Of a DNA stretch of 64,000 nt, positions 53,665-62,206 are shown piece by piece. The stretch spans positions 24,094 through 88,093 of the forward strand of contig JBAYUP010000001.1 of assembly GCA_041675045.1 (NCBI GenBank). The letters are read 5' to 3'. This stretch comes from Minisyncoccota bacterium (GTDB lineage Bacteria > Patescibacteriota > Minisyncoccia > Phycocordibacterales > UBA9973). Every line of letters starts with the position of its first letter. The first letter of the stretch is position 1. The notes under the pieces were generated by a model, which ran no database searches, was not told the origin of the DNA, and saw only the letters and a list, made by a program, of their open reading frames with translations. Position numbers and translations under genes: made by a program.

Positions 53665-56180
53665 TTATTTTCTACAAAAAATTGTATAGAGGCCTCTCCT
53701 TTGTTTCCAAGACTATCATACCCAATAACTTTAATGGTGTTTGTTTGCCCAAGAGAAGATATTGAACTTGGTGTGAATGAAAACACATACGGCTCGTTTT
53801 TAATTGAGGTTATATATGTATTGTTTACAAAAACATCTATTTTTTTAATAGAGCTTTTACTTTGAGAAAGGATAGACACAGAAATTGTCTGGTTCTTTTT
53901 ATAGACTTCATTTGTTACTCCAGAAATAGTAAATGTTGGACGAGAACTTTCTGTGTGAATTGTGTCGTACCCCACTGGGATATGTGATGTTGTTATTGTT
54001 GGGTATCTATTTTTATTTGAAGCCCACCAGTTTTGCACACCATTTTCCCAGCTCGCATATTGGGAATCCTTTTGGGGGTTTGTTGGTTTAGGTCCAAGAG
54101 GGTTGTCTTTGTTTATCCAATGAAGAATAGTGTGAACATTCGTAACTGATGTTTCTTGTCTCATATCAACAGGAGTGAATTCAGTTGCTAGTTTGCCAGA
54201 AACTTTATCTGTGACGAATGTTTCTCCTCCTTGCCAGAATCCACGTAGAATTGGGGGTAAAGACTGGTCTATTGGGTCTGGGGCATCAAATGATTCACGA
54301 GGAAGATTCTTTAGCGCAGCAGAGATAACTCCATTCCAAATTGGACCAGCAAGGGCCGCACCACCTTTTTTCATTGGTGTATTGTCATTATTACCAACCC
54401 AAACACCAACAGCGACTGAAGGGGTGTATCCGATTGTCCACGCGTCCTTGTTGTTGTTTGTGGTTCCTGTTTTAACCGCAACTTCGTGGCCTGGAACAAC
54501 AAGAGGTGAATTCGCTCCAAATGTGGGTGTTCGTGCGGTGTTATCAGAAAGGATGTCAGAAAGAATTCTTGTAATATTTGGTTCAAGTACCTGGTATGAC
54601 CTGTCCTCTGCTTGTTCAAGGATGTTTCCATTTCCATCTTCAACAGAGAGTACTGCTTGGTAGGGATTACGCACACCATTATTTGCAAATACACTATATA
54701 CAGATGTCATATCTAAGAGTGTAGTTTCTCCACCTCCAATCACCAACGATAGCCCGTATCGGTCGGGTTCATTGAGACTTGATATTCCAAGGTCGTGCGC
54801 TAGTTTAATAGAATCTTTTACTCCAACAAGATAAAGTGTTTTTACTGCAATAACGTTGATTGATTGAGCAAGGGCATTTTTAAGTGTCATTGGTCCACGA
54901 AACGCATCGTCATAATTATCTGGCATATAACACTCGGCATTTTTGACGAGAGGTTTGCCATTTGGACTACAGGATGGGTTGAACTCTGTTTTTACATCAA
55001 AGAGTGTTGTATTGGCGGTGTAGCCCTTTTTAAATGCCTCTGCGTAGACGATTGGCTTGAATGATGAACCTGGTTGGCGAAGTGCGGTTGCCACATTAAA
55101 GTTTCCATCGATTGTTTTATCAAAATAATCACGAGACCCAATCATTGATAAAATCTGACCTGTTTTTGGATCAATAACAACAACAGCCGCATTTTCCCCG
55201 TTCCAATTTGTTTCATTTTGTTTTGCATTTGCAAGGGTAATTTCCTCGGCTTTCTTTTGAAGTTCGTAATCAATTGTAGTAACAACTTTTAGTCCGCCAA
55301 CATCAAGTGCTTCTGGGCCATATTTTTTCTCTAAGTAATCTTTTACAAAGAAAACAAAATGAGGAGCTGCGATGTGTGTTGGTTGCGCTGGCATGAAGGT
55401 GACTTTTTCAAGTAACGCATTTTTATATTCATCTTCAGTAATAAACTTAAGATCCACCATTCTTTTTAGGACAAGATTTTTACGTTCCTCAAGTCTCTCT
55501 CTGTTTTTCCCATATGGTGAATAATATGTCGGACCATTTGGAATTGCCGCCATATATGCTGATTCGGCGAGTGTCATGTCGAGAGGTTCTTTTCCAAAGA
55601 ATGCTTTTGATGCTTCTTCAATTCCGTAAATATTGCCACCGTACGGAGCTTCATTTAAATAGAGAGCAAGAATATCATCTTTGCTCATAACTTTTTCGAG
55701 TTTAACGGCGAGTATCCACTCTTTAATTTTTCTCGTGACAGAGCGCTTACTTGTGAGAAGGGTATTTTTTATGAGCTGTTGAGTGATTGTTGATCCACCT
55801 TGTACACGCTTACCTGTGATTTTCGCCCACACTGTTGCACGAATAATAGAGGTAATACGGATACCTTTGTGTTTGTAGAATTCAGAGTCTTCAATTGCTA
55901 CTGTCGCGTTTTTAATATTTGTTCCCATTTCTTCATAGGGGACAATTGTACGCTTAATATCCTGATGAACATCATAAAGTAAGATTGTTCCAGTGCGGTC
56001 ATATATTTTTGTAGAACTTTGAACTTTTCGTTCAGTGAATGATTTGAAGTCAGGGAGTCTCAAAAGGGAAATCCAAATAATAAAAATACCAGCAAACAGA
56101 ATCGCGGTGCCAACTATCAATAATATCCAGCTTTCGCGGGAGTGTTGTTTAAAATACGTGAGATATTTATGCATATACAA
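53661..56180 (-). CDS. Class A penicillin-binding protein (PBP1A: glycosyltransferase 51 plus transpeptidase) with a C-terminal extension
   Basis: GT51 motifs EDSEFYKHKGI and RQGGSTITQQLIKN; transpeptidase SxxK (..SSFKP..), SxN and KTGT motifs; N-terminal transmembrane anchor. Confidence 0.9.
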   Translation of the reverse strand: MYMHKYLTYFKQHSRESWILLIVGTAILFAGIFIIWISLLRLPDFKSFTERKVQSSTKIYDRTGTILLYDVHQDIKRTIVPYEEMGTNIKNATVAIEDSEFYKHKGIRITSIIRATVWAKITGKRVQGGSTITQQLIKNTLLTSKRSVTRKIKEWILAVKLEKVMSKDDILALYLNEAPYGGNIYGIEEASKAFFGKEPLDMTLAESAYMAAIPNGPTYYSPYGKNRERLEERKNLVLKRMVDLKFITEDEYKNALLEKVTFMPAQPTHIAAPHFVFFVKDYLEKKYGPEALDVGGLKVVTTIDYELQKKAEEITLANAKQNETNWNGENAAVVVIDPKTGQILSMIGSRDYFDKTIDGNFNVATALRQPGSSFKPIVYAEAFKKGYTANTTLFDVKTEFNPSCSPNGKPLVKNAECYMPDNYDDAFRGPMTLKNALAQSINVIAVKTLYLVGVKDSIKLAHDLGISSLNEPDRYGLSLVIGGGETTLLDMTSVYSVFANNGVRNPYQAVLSVEDGNGNILEQAEDRSYQVLEPNITRILSDILSDNTARTPTFGANSPLVVPGHEVAVKTGTTNNNKDAWTIGYTPSVAVGVWVGNNDNTPMKKGGAALAGPIWNGVISAALKNLPRESFDAPDPIDQSLPPILRGFWQGGETFVTDKVSGKLATEFTPVDMRQETSVTNVHTILHWINKDNPLGPKPTNPQKDSQYASWENGVQNWWASNKNRYPTITTSHIPVGYDTIHTESSRPTFTISGVTNEVYKKNQTISVSILSQSKSSIKKIDVFVNNTYITSIKNEPYVFSFTPSSISSLGQTNTIKVIGYDSLGNKGEASIQFFVENN

Positions 56181-56236
56181 TATATGATACCATAGCGTTT
56201 GTCTGTGCGGACAAAGATTTTTAATTATGATAAAGT

Positions 56237-57436
56237 ATGACTATGACAGAAGAAGATATACTACAAGACATAGTAACGCGCGGGGTTGCCAATATATACC
56301 CATCAAAGGGTTTTGTCGAGGCAAAAATACGTCGTGGCGAGAAGCTTACCATCTACCTTGGTATTGACCCAACGGGGCCTACTCTCCATTTAGGTAACGC
56401 CATTCCCATGAAAAAGCTCGCTGATTTCCAAAAGGCTGGCCACAAGGTAATTCTCCTTATGGGTGATTTTACCGCAATGATTGGTGACCCTACAGACAAA
56501 TCATCGGCTCGGGTACAGTTAACACACAAACAGGTTCTAGCTAACCTTAAAAATTACAAGAAACAAGCATCAAAACTTCTTTCTTTCTCAGGTAGAAATA
56601 AAGCAGAAATAAAATTTAATTCAAAATGGCTTGGCAAAATGAATTTTGCTGATGTTCTTTCTCTTGCTTCTCAAATGACGGTTCAACAAATGCTTGAACG
56701 CGATATGTTTGAACGACGTATCGAAGAAGGGAAACCAATTTTTATTCATGAATTTATGTATCCTCTGATGCAAGGATATGATTCTGTTGCAATGAATGTT
56801 GATGGGGAAGTTGGGGGCAATGACCAAACATTCAACATGCTCTGTGGTCGGGATCTTTTGAAATCAATGAAGAATAAAGAAAAGTTTGTTCTCACATTGA
56901 AACTTCTCGAAGACAGTACTGGTAAAAAAATGGGTAAAACTGAAGGGAACATGGTGGCACTTTCTGATACCCCCGAAGAAATGTATGGGAAGGTGATGAG
57001 CTGGTCTGACGGAATGATCATTCCTGGTTTTGAATTATGTACAAATGTTCCACTATCTGAAATTTTGGAAATATCTAAATCTCTCGAATCAAATTCAGTG
57101 AATCCGCGTGACATAAAAATGAAACTCGCTCGGACGTTGGTCGCCTTATATCACACTGAAGCAAAGGCCCAGAGTGCCGAAGAAAATTTTATCTCTACCT
57201 TTCAGAAACATGAAATACCAAGTGACATGATTGAGATAAAGATTCACGAAGGGGACCTCTTGGCAGATGTGTGCGTCACTCATAATGTAGTGAAATCAAA
57301 AACTGAATTTAATCGCTTTGTGGAAAATGGTGCGATTACCGATCTCCAGAAAAATGAAAAAATAAATGACCCTAAAATACGGGCCACAAAAACAGAATAT
57401 AAAATAGGAAAAACACGATTTATTCGTCTTGTATAA
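56237..57436 (+). CDS. tyrS: Tyrosine--tRNA ligase
   Basis: HIGH-type motif (..PTGPTLHLGN), KMSKS-type KMGKT, the ..FQKAGHKVILLMGDFTAMIGDPT pattern specific to TyrRS, and a C-terminal S4-like domain. Confidence 0.9.
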   Translation: MTMTEEDILQDIVTRGVANIYPSKGFVEAKIRRGEKLTIYLGIDPTGPTLHLGNAIPMKKLADFQKAGHKVILLMGDFTAMIGDPTDKSSARVQLTHKQVLANLKNYKKQASKLLSFSGRNKAEIKFNSKWLGKMNFADVLSLASQMTVQQMLERDMFERRIEEGKPIFIHEFMYPLMQGYDSVAMNVDGEVGGNDQTFNMLCGRDLLKSMKNKEKFVLTLKLLEDSTGKKMGKTEGNMVALSDTPEEMYGKVMSWSDGMIIPGFELCTNVPLSEILEISKSLESNSVNPRDIKMKLARTLVALYHTEAKAQSAEENFISTFQKHEIPSDMIEIKIHEGDLLADVCVTHNVVKSKTEFNRFVENGAITDLQKNEKINDPKIRATKTEYKIGKTRFIRLV

Positions 57437-57476
57437 CAAAACTCTCCTCGAGATATCTCGAGGAGAGTTTTGTTAT
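57437..57476. terminator. Bidirectional terminator CAAAACTCTCCTCGAG-ATAT-CTCGAGGAGAGTTTTG
   Basis: Perfect 16-bp stem between tyrS(+) and the minus-strand genes. Confidence 0.8.
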
Positions 57477-57658
57477 AGGTAGTCAGCGGTGCTTCCATCG
57501 AGACCAGCAAATTCTTCTGCAAGGTCATCATCTTCACCCGCAAAGACATCTTCTTCTGGGTCGTCTTCGAGAGCATCATCTCCCACATCACTTATGAGAT
57601 CTAATTCTTCTTCAGCGTCTAATTCAACACCTTTTATTTCTTCGTCGTCGTAGCTCAT
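57473..57658 (-). CDS. Small, extremely acidic hypothetical protein (61 aa, about 50% Asp/Glu)
   Basis: ORF only; its stop codon lies inside the terminator stem. Could be a real acidic protein or a chance ORF. Confidence 0.3.
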   Translation of the reverse strand: MSYDDEEIKGVELDAEEELDLISDVGDDALEDDPEEDVFAGEDDDLAEEFAGLDGSTADYL

Positions 57659-57758
57659 ATATTCTCTAAAACTATGAATGTAAAATTATTATAATAAATT
57701 ATTTGTAGCAAAATATTATTTTCTTTGCAATATCTAAAAAAGTACTTAAAACAAAGGG

Positions 57759-58241
57759 TTATTTTGTAAATCTTTCGCACGCAAGACACGTAAGCCCAAT
57801 AGCGATGGCATCAAGCTCATCATCAGAGCGAATTTGTTTTTCTATTTGTATAAGTTTTGGAACCATGTTCATAACCATTTGTTTATCTGCCTTACCGTAT
57901 CCAGTTACTGCGACCTTGATTTGCGGTGGTGTGTATTCGAAAATATCAAGACCATTACGTGATGCACTATAGATGATAACTCCACGTGCTTCAGATACTC
58001 CCATGACTGTCTTTTGATTGCTAGTAAAATAAAGTTTTTCGATGGCGAGTGCTACAGGGGTGTACTCTTGTATGATACGTTCTACTTCGGTACCAATTTG
58101 AGTGAGTCGCTCAGGGAAGGGAATCTTGGCTGATGTCTTAAAGCATTCTGAAAAAACTAGTATATCTTTTTGTTTCGGTTGGCGTTCGATAACTGCAACA
58201 CCAACACGTTCAAACCCAGGATCAATTGCAAGAAGTTTCAT
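57759..58241 (-). CDS. ruvC: Crossover junction endodeoxyribonuclease RuvC
   Basis: MKLLAIDPGFERVGVAV.. start and catalytic acidic residues in a ~160-aa frame. Confidence 0.9.
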   Translation of the reverse strand: MKLLAIDPGFERVGVAVIERQPKQKDILVFSECFKTSAKIPFPERLTQIGTEVERIIQEYTPVALAIEKLYFTSNQKTVMGVSEARGVIIYSASRNGLDIFEYTPPQIKVAVTGYGKADKQMVMNMVPKLIQIEKQIRSDDELDAIAIGLTCLACERFTK

Positions 58242-58330
58242 AAAACCATTATAACAAAAGGGGATGTCGATAATACTTGACTTTATAGACTATATAATGT
58301 ATAATACCCTGAAATATAAAGCATGAAAGA

Positions 58331-58804
58331 ATGAAAAAAATTATTATGTTGCTGATGCTTTCAAGTTTGATTGCGTCAGGAGCTTTTGCTCAAACTTCTT
58401 CCTGTGATACTTTGGTAAAAAACGGGAAAATTCTTGAAGCTACCTTTTTACAAAGGGTTGATTCTACGAAAGCACTTTTTAAGAATGATGCGACAGTAAT
58501 TGAACTTCGGATTCCAAGTCTCGCTAAAAACGAAAGTGGAAGAATTGTGTATGTTCGTGAAATTATAACTTACGTATCGTTTCATGATACCGTAATCGAA
58601 ATGAAGGGATATAAATTTATCGCGATAAAACATCCAATTGCAAACCCTATGGACGTATCAGCATGGTATTGGAAATCAGAATGGGAAAAAAAGCAAAAAG
58701 AAGAACAAGAGTTACTTCGATACATCACAAATCCTTCTTCATCTTACCCTCCTACGCCTTACTATTATTGTCCACCAAAAGGAGTTTCTATTGGAAACAA
58801 TTAA
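58331..58804 (+). CDS. Secreted hypothetical protein (157 aa)
   Basis: Signal peptide MKKIIMLLMLSSLIASGAFAQ. Confidence 0.5.
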   Translation: MKKIIMLLMLSSLIASGAFAQTSSCDTLVKNGKILEATFLQRVDSTKALFKNDATVIELRIPSLAKNESGRIVYVREIITYVSFHDTVIEMKGYKFIAIKHPIANPMDVSAWYWKSEWEKKQKEEQELLRYITNPSSSYPPTPYYYCPPKGVSIGNN

Positions 58805-58818
58805 ATTGCACTAAAAAA

Positions 58819-58858
58819 GAAAAGCACCGAAGTCACATTTGAATTCAGGTGCTTTTTA
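58819..58858. terminator. Bidirectional terminator (AGCACC...GGTGCT stem with an inner TGAATTCA palindrome), with T-runs on both strands
   Basis: Lies between the convergent 58331..58804(+) and ruvB(-). Confidence 0.6.
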
Positions 58859-59842
58859 TTTTGGGTCAAACCCTAAATGTTCATATCCTTTATTTGTGAC
58901 AGTTCGTCCACGAGGGCCACGTTCTAAGAGTCCAAGTTGAATGAGGTACGGCTCAATAACTTCTTCAATGGTTGCCTCTTCTTCACTTGTGGCAGCCGCG
59001 ATTGTTTTCAGTCCCACTGGCCCGCCATTAAATTTTTCGATGATTACATGGAGCACTCGACGGTCTGATGCAGAAAGTCCAAGTTCGTCTATCTCAAGAA
59101 GTGCGAGAGCTTTTTTTACTGATTCTTTGGTGAGTGGTGTTTTGTGGACCTGTGCGTAATCACGACAACGCTTTAAGAAATAGTTTGCAGTACGTGGAGT
59201 AAAGCGTGCACGAGAAGCAATTTCTTCAAGTGCGTGGTCTTCAATCTCTACGCCAAGAATTTGAGCCGAGCGAGCGAGAATTTTTTTGATTTCATCGTGT
59301 GTATAAAATTCAAGACGAAACACACCCCCAGAGAATCGTGATCGAAGGGGGGAGGAGAGAAGTGCAATTCGTGTTGTTGCTGCGATGAGGGTAAACGGTG
59401 GAAGTTCTAATTGTATTGTACGTGCAGATGGTCCCTTGCCGATAATAATATCGAGCACACCACTCTCCATAGCAGGGTAGAGAACCTCTTCTACCATTTT
59501 ATTAAGACGATGAATCTCGTCGATAAAGACAATATCTCCCGGAGCTAAGTTTGTCAGGATTGAAGCAAGGTCTCCAACTTTTTCGATTGCTGGGCCAGAG
59601 GTTATTTTGATTTGCCGACGAGTTTCGTGGGCGATAAGGTGGGCGAGAGTTGTTTTTCCTAGTCCTGGGGGACCGTAAAATAATATATGTTCAGCAGGGT
59701 GGGCACGTTCTTCTGCTGCCGTGAGGAGGATTTTGAGGTTTGCTTTGATATTTTCCTGTCCAATATATTCATCCCAAATGTTTGGACGCAATGTTTGGTC
59801 GAGGAAGCCCTCGTCTTTGGTTGTAGGTGTGGTACTTGACAT
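58856..59842 (-). CDS. ruvB: Holliday junction branch-migration ATPase RuvB
   Basis: Walker A GPPGLGKTTLA, Walker B FIDEIHRL, sensor motifs, and a winged-helix C-terminus. Confidence 0.95.
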   Translation of the reverse strand: MSSTTPTTKDEGFLDQTLRPNIWDEYIGQENIKANLKILLTAAEERAHPAEHILFYGPPGLGKTTLAHLIAHETRRQIKITSGPAIEKVGDLASILTNLAPGDIVFIDEIHRLNKMVEEVLYPAMESGVLDIIIGKGPSARTIQLELPPFTLIAATTRIALLSSPLRSRFSGGVFRLEFYTHDEIKKILARSAQILGVEIEDHALEEIASRARFTPRTANYFLKRCRDYAQVHKTPLTKESVKKALALLEIDELGLSASDRRVLHVIIEKFNGGPVGLKTIAAATSEEEATIEEVIEPYLIQLGLLERGPRGRTVTNKGYEHLGFDPK

Positions 59843-59864
59843 TATTATTTGTATATGCTATACT
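59836..59864 (+). promoter_or_regulatory. Consensus sigma70 promoter TTGACA - 17 nt - TGcTATACT on the plus strand, overlapping the ruvB start codon divergently
   Basis: Perfect -35, 17-nt spacer and extended -10. Predicted transcription start at about 59871, pointing into an ORF-free region. Confidence 0.55.
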
Positions 59865-59870
59865 TCCTCC

Positions 59871-60246
59871 AGAAATTACATACAGTTCAATTATAGCATC
59901 AAGCGCGAAGAGGACATAAATCTCTAAGCAATCGGCCACGTGCTCTATATGCGTGCGTAGGACGCCCTGGTTTCTATTTATATTTACTGGGACTATCCTG
60001 TAATCGTATATTACTTTAGTTACGCATGTTCCTAAAGGATTGTTTAGAGATTTATGTTCTCTTTTAAAGGAAAGAACGGTCCCATCCCGGTTTGATTTGT
60101 TGTTTTACCGGAATAATTATTTAGCCATAATGACTGTTAGCAAAACTTTCCTTACTTCACCATATTCTGTGTGGGGGTTTGATGAATCGTGAAGAAAAGC
60201 AGAACAGGCCTCGCAACTTCGGTTGCGGGGCTTCTTTATTTTTTAT
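59871..60246 (+). ncRNA. Candidate non-coding RNA (~375 nt) defined by the consensus promoter and a UUCG-tetraloop terminator; class not identified
   Basis: No ORF longer than about 13 codons starts downstream of the promoter. Hairpins inside include CCGGTTTGATTTGTTGTTTTACCGG. An AGGAAAG motif is present, but no convincing RNase P P4, tmRNA tag or SRP domain IV match was found by eye. Confidence 0.4.
60208..60246. terminator. Terminator CCTCGCAAC-UUCG-GTTGCGGGG then CTTCTTTATTTTTT
   Basis: 9-bp stem with one G-U pair, a UUCG tetraloop and a U-rich tail on the plus strand. It could also serve pilB on the minus strand. Confidence 0.7.
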
Positions 60247-60266
60247 AAAAAGAGAGTGAGAAGAGA

Positions 60267-61967
60267 TTACTCCTCATAAAAATCAACCACACTACCGACT
60301 TCGTCGTAGGAGGTGATACCTTTTAGGATTTTGACGATGCCGTCTTCGCGCATGTCGAGGTATCCTTGGTGTGAAGCAATTTCTTTGATTTCTCGTTCAC
60401 TCGGATTGTTAGGAATTATTTTTTCAATATCAGCTGTTTTTATAATTGCTTCGAATACTCCAATTCGTCCTTTGTATCCTGTGTTATTACACTCACCACA
60501 ACCGACAGCCCCATATATTTTTAGGGAAGCATTTGTATCAACTCCATATTTTGAAAAATCTTTATTGTGAGCTATTGCGTTATCAGTTATTTTTTTGATT
60601 ATTTTAATTTGTTCTTCTGTGGCTGGGATTTCTTTTCTACAGTTGAGACAAAGTTTTCGAACAAGACGCTGGGCAATAGAAAGAGAGAGTGCTGATACCA
60701 ATATCTTTGGATTAACATCAAGATCAATCAAGCGCGGGATAACACCTGCTGCGTTGTTTGTGTGAAGTGTCGAGAAAACCAAGTGACCAGTGAGTGCGGA
60801 TTCAACTGCGATTTTTGCTGTTTCGCTATCACGAACTTCTCCCACCATGATCACATCAGGGTCTTGGCGGAGCGATGAACGCAAACCCTCGAGGAATGTA
60901 TACCCCTTCTCACTTTCTGTTTGTGTTTGGGTTATTCCTGGTAAGTGGTATTCAATAGGGTCTTCGATTGTGATTATTTTTATTTCAGGAGAATATATTT
61001 TCTGTAAGAACGAGTAGAGGGTTGTTGTTTTACCACTTCCTGTTGGACCAGTAAGGAGAATCATACCATTCGGCTTTTTAATCTCACGCATAAAAACTTC
61101 AAACAAAGATGGTTCAATACCAAGATCCTCAATCTTTACACGAATTGATTTCGGATTAAGAATACGCATAACGATAGACTCTCCGTATGCACCAGGAATA
61201 AGTGAGACACGCAAACTGATTTCCTCTTCGTCGAGGAATATACTAAAGCGCCCATCTTGAGCAACTGCCGAAGCAGTGATTTTGAGACCTGCTAAAAGTT
61301 TGATTCGAGAATTTAGGAATTTATGAATCGCTGGTGGTATCTCCATGATTTCATGTAGGATTCCATCGAGACGAAATCGTAACCGAACGGTATTTTCTTC
61401 TGGTTCAAAGTGTAGGTCAGAGGCGTTGATAGCAATGGCTCCAGCCAGTGCTATTTCGAGAATATGTGAAGTTGTGTGCGTTGCGTCTTGTTCAGCACGT
61501 TCAATAGCTTTTTTAATATCATCGATATTTTTAATATCCTTCATGATGTCTTTTAATGCAGAGCCAGAGACAGAGATAGCACCTGCTCGTGATTCAGATG
61601 CGTATGAAAGCTCGGTGTAGCGTTCCCATGCTTTCGCCAAGCTCGTGCCCGATGCCATGTAAAAGTGGGGGATGTATCCATGTTCAGTGAAATACTTTTT
61701 TAATTCAACGAGTGTTTCTGCGTGTGGAGCACGTACGGCAATATGTAAATCTTTACCAGTGAGTTTAAATGGTGCAATTCCGAGTGCCTCAGCTTCTTTT
61801 TGGGGGATAGAACGAAGAGCTTCGTTCTCGATAGGGATATTTGCGAGATTTATTGGTTGAACATCATACTTCGCTTCAGCGAGAATTTGCACCAAGTCCT
61901 CCTCTTCTTGTCTTTTGAAGTCATCGAGGTCTTTTTGTTGTTTCTCGTCATTAAAATGAATGGTCAT
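60267..61967 (-). CDS. pilB: GspE/PilB family secretion ATPase (type IV pilus assembly ATPase PilB-like)
   Basis: Walker A LLTGPTGSGKTTTLYS, Asp box, Walker B ..VIMVGEVRD.., His box ..GHLVFSTLHTN.., C-terminal tetracysteine CLNC...CGEC, and an N-terminal GspE_N-like domain. Confidence 0.9.
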   Translation of the reverse strand: MTIHFNDEKQQKDLDDFKRQEEEDLVQILAEAKYDVQPINLANIPIENEALRSIPQKEAEALGIAPFKLTGKDLHIAVRAPHAETLVELKKYFTEHGYIPHFYMASGTSLAKAWERYTELSYASESRAGAISVSGSALKDIMKDIKNIDDIKKAIERAEQDATHTTSHILEIALAGAIAINASDLHFEPEENTVRLRFRLDGILHEIMEIPPAIHKFLNSRIKLLAGLKITASAVAQDGRFSIFLDEEEISLRVSLIPGAYGESIVMRILNPKSIRVKIEDLGIEPSLFEVFMREIKKPNGMILLTGPTGSGKTTTLYSFLQKIYSPEIKIITIEDPIEYHLPGITQTQTESEKGYTFLEGLRSSLRQDPDVIMVGEVRDSETAKIAVESALTGHLVFSTLHTNNAAGVIPRLIDLDVNPKILVSALSLSIAQRLVRKLCLNCRKEIPATEEQIKIIKKITDNAIAHNKDFSKYGVDTNASLKIYGAVGCGECNNTGYKGRIGVFEAIIKTADIEKIIPNNPSEREIKEIASHQGYLDMREDGIVKILKGITSYDEVGSVVDFYEE

Positions 61968-62108
61968 CCCGTTTAGAAGCAGGTCGCGGTCAATAGAGCG
62001 ACACTACTTAAGTTATGTATAATTTTTGTATTTATATTGAACATTTTTTCTTATTTTTTAACTGCGACCACGCCTGCCTGCCGGCAAAGGCAGGGCTTCT
62101 AACGGGAG
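61965..62108 (-). promoter_or_regulatory. Inverted-repeat leader element, copy D (minus strand): 5' arm CTCCCGTTAGAAG (plus 62096-62108), 3' arm CTTCTAAACGGGAT (plus 61966-61979), abutting the pilB ATG at 61967-61965; a minus-strand TATAAT lies at 62127-62122
   Basis: Same arm sequence as copies A-C, with one extra A in the 3' arm. About 116 bp of interior with the hairpin GCCTGCC...GGCAGGC. GCGACCTG precedes the 3' arm as in copy A. Confidence 0.65.
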
Positions 62109-62152
62109 TCATATAGGCCTTATTATATCTTACCGAGAGGTAAACAAGGTAC

Positions 62153-62181
62153 TTGACATTTGCATCAAAATATGCTAACAT
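62153..62181 (+). promoter_or_regulatory. Promoter TTGACA - 17 nt - TGcTAACAT for the plus-strand gene at 62207, divergent from the pilB leader
   Basis: Consensus -35, 17-nt spacer, extended -10. Confidence 0.5.
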
Positions 62182-62206
62182 AGGGCAAAATCGAAATTGA
62201 CAGAAA

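Noticed and set aside
59900-60246. RNase P RNA (rnpB), tmRNA or SRP RNA assignment for the orphan transcription unit
   Set aside because: An AGGAAAG motif is present, but the P4/CR-I and CR-IV consensus, GGGUGAAA-type motifs, a tmRNA tag reading frame with tRNA-like 3' end, and the SRP domain IV GGAAGCAGCC-type motif could not be matched convincingly by eye; left as an unclassified ncRNA candidate.
12682-62108. CRISPR array interpretation of the repeated ATCCCGTTAGAG motif
   Set aside because: Only four copies, arranged as inverted (not direct) repeat pairs with variable 95-125 bp interiors, dispersed over 50 kb and always abutting start codons; no regular repeat-spacer periodicity and no cas genes.
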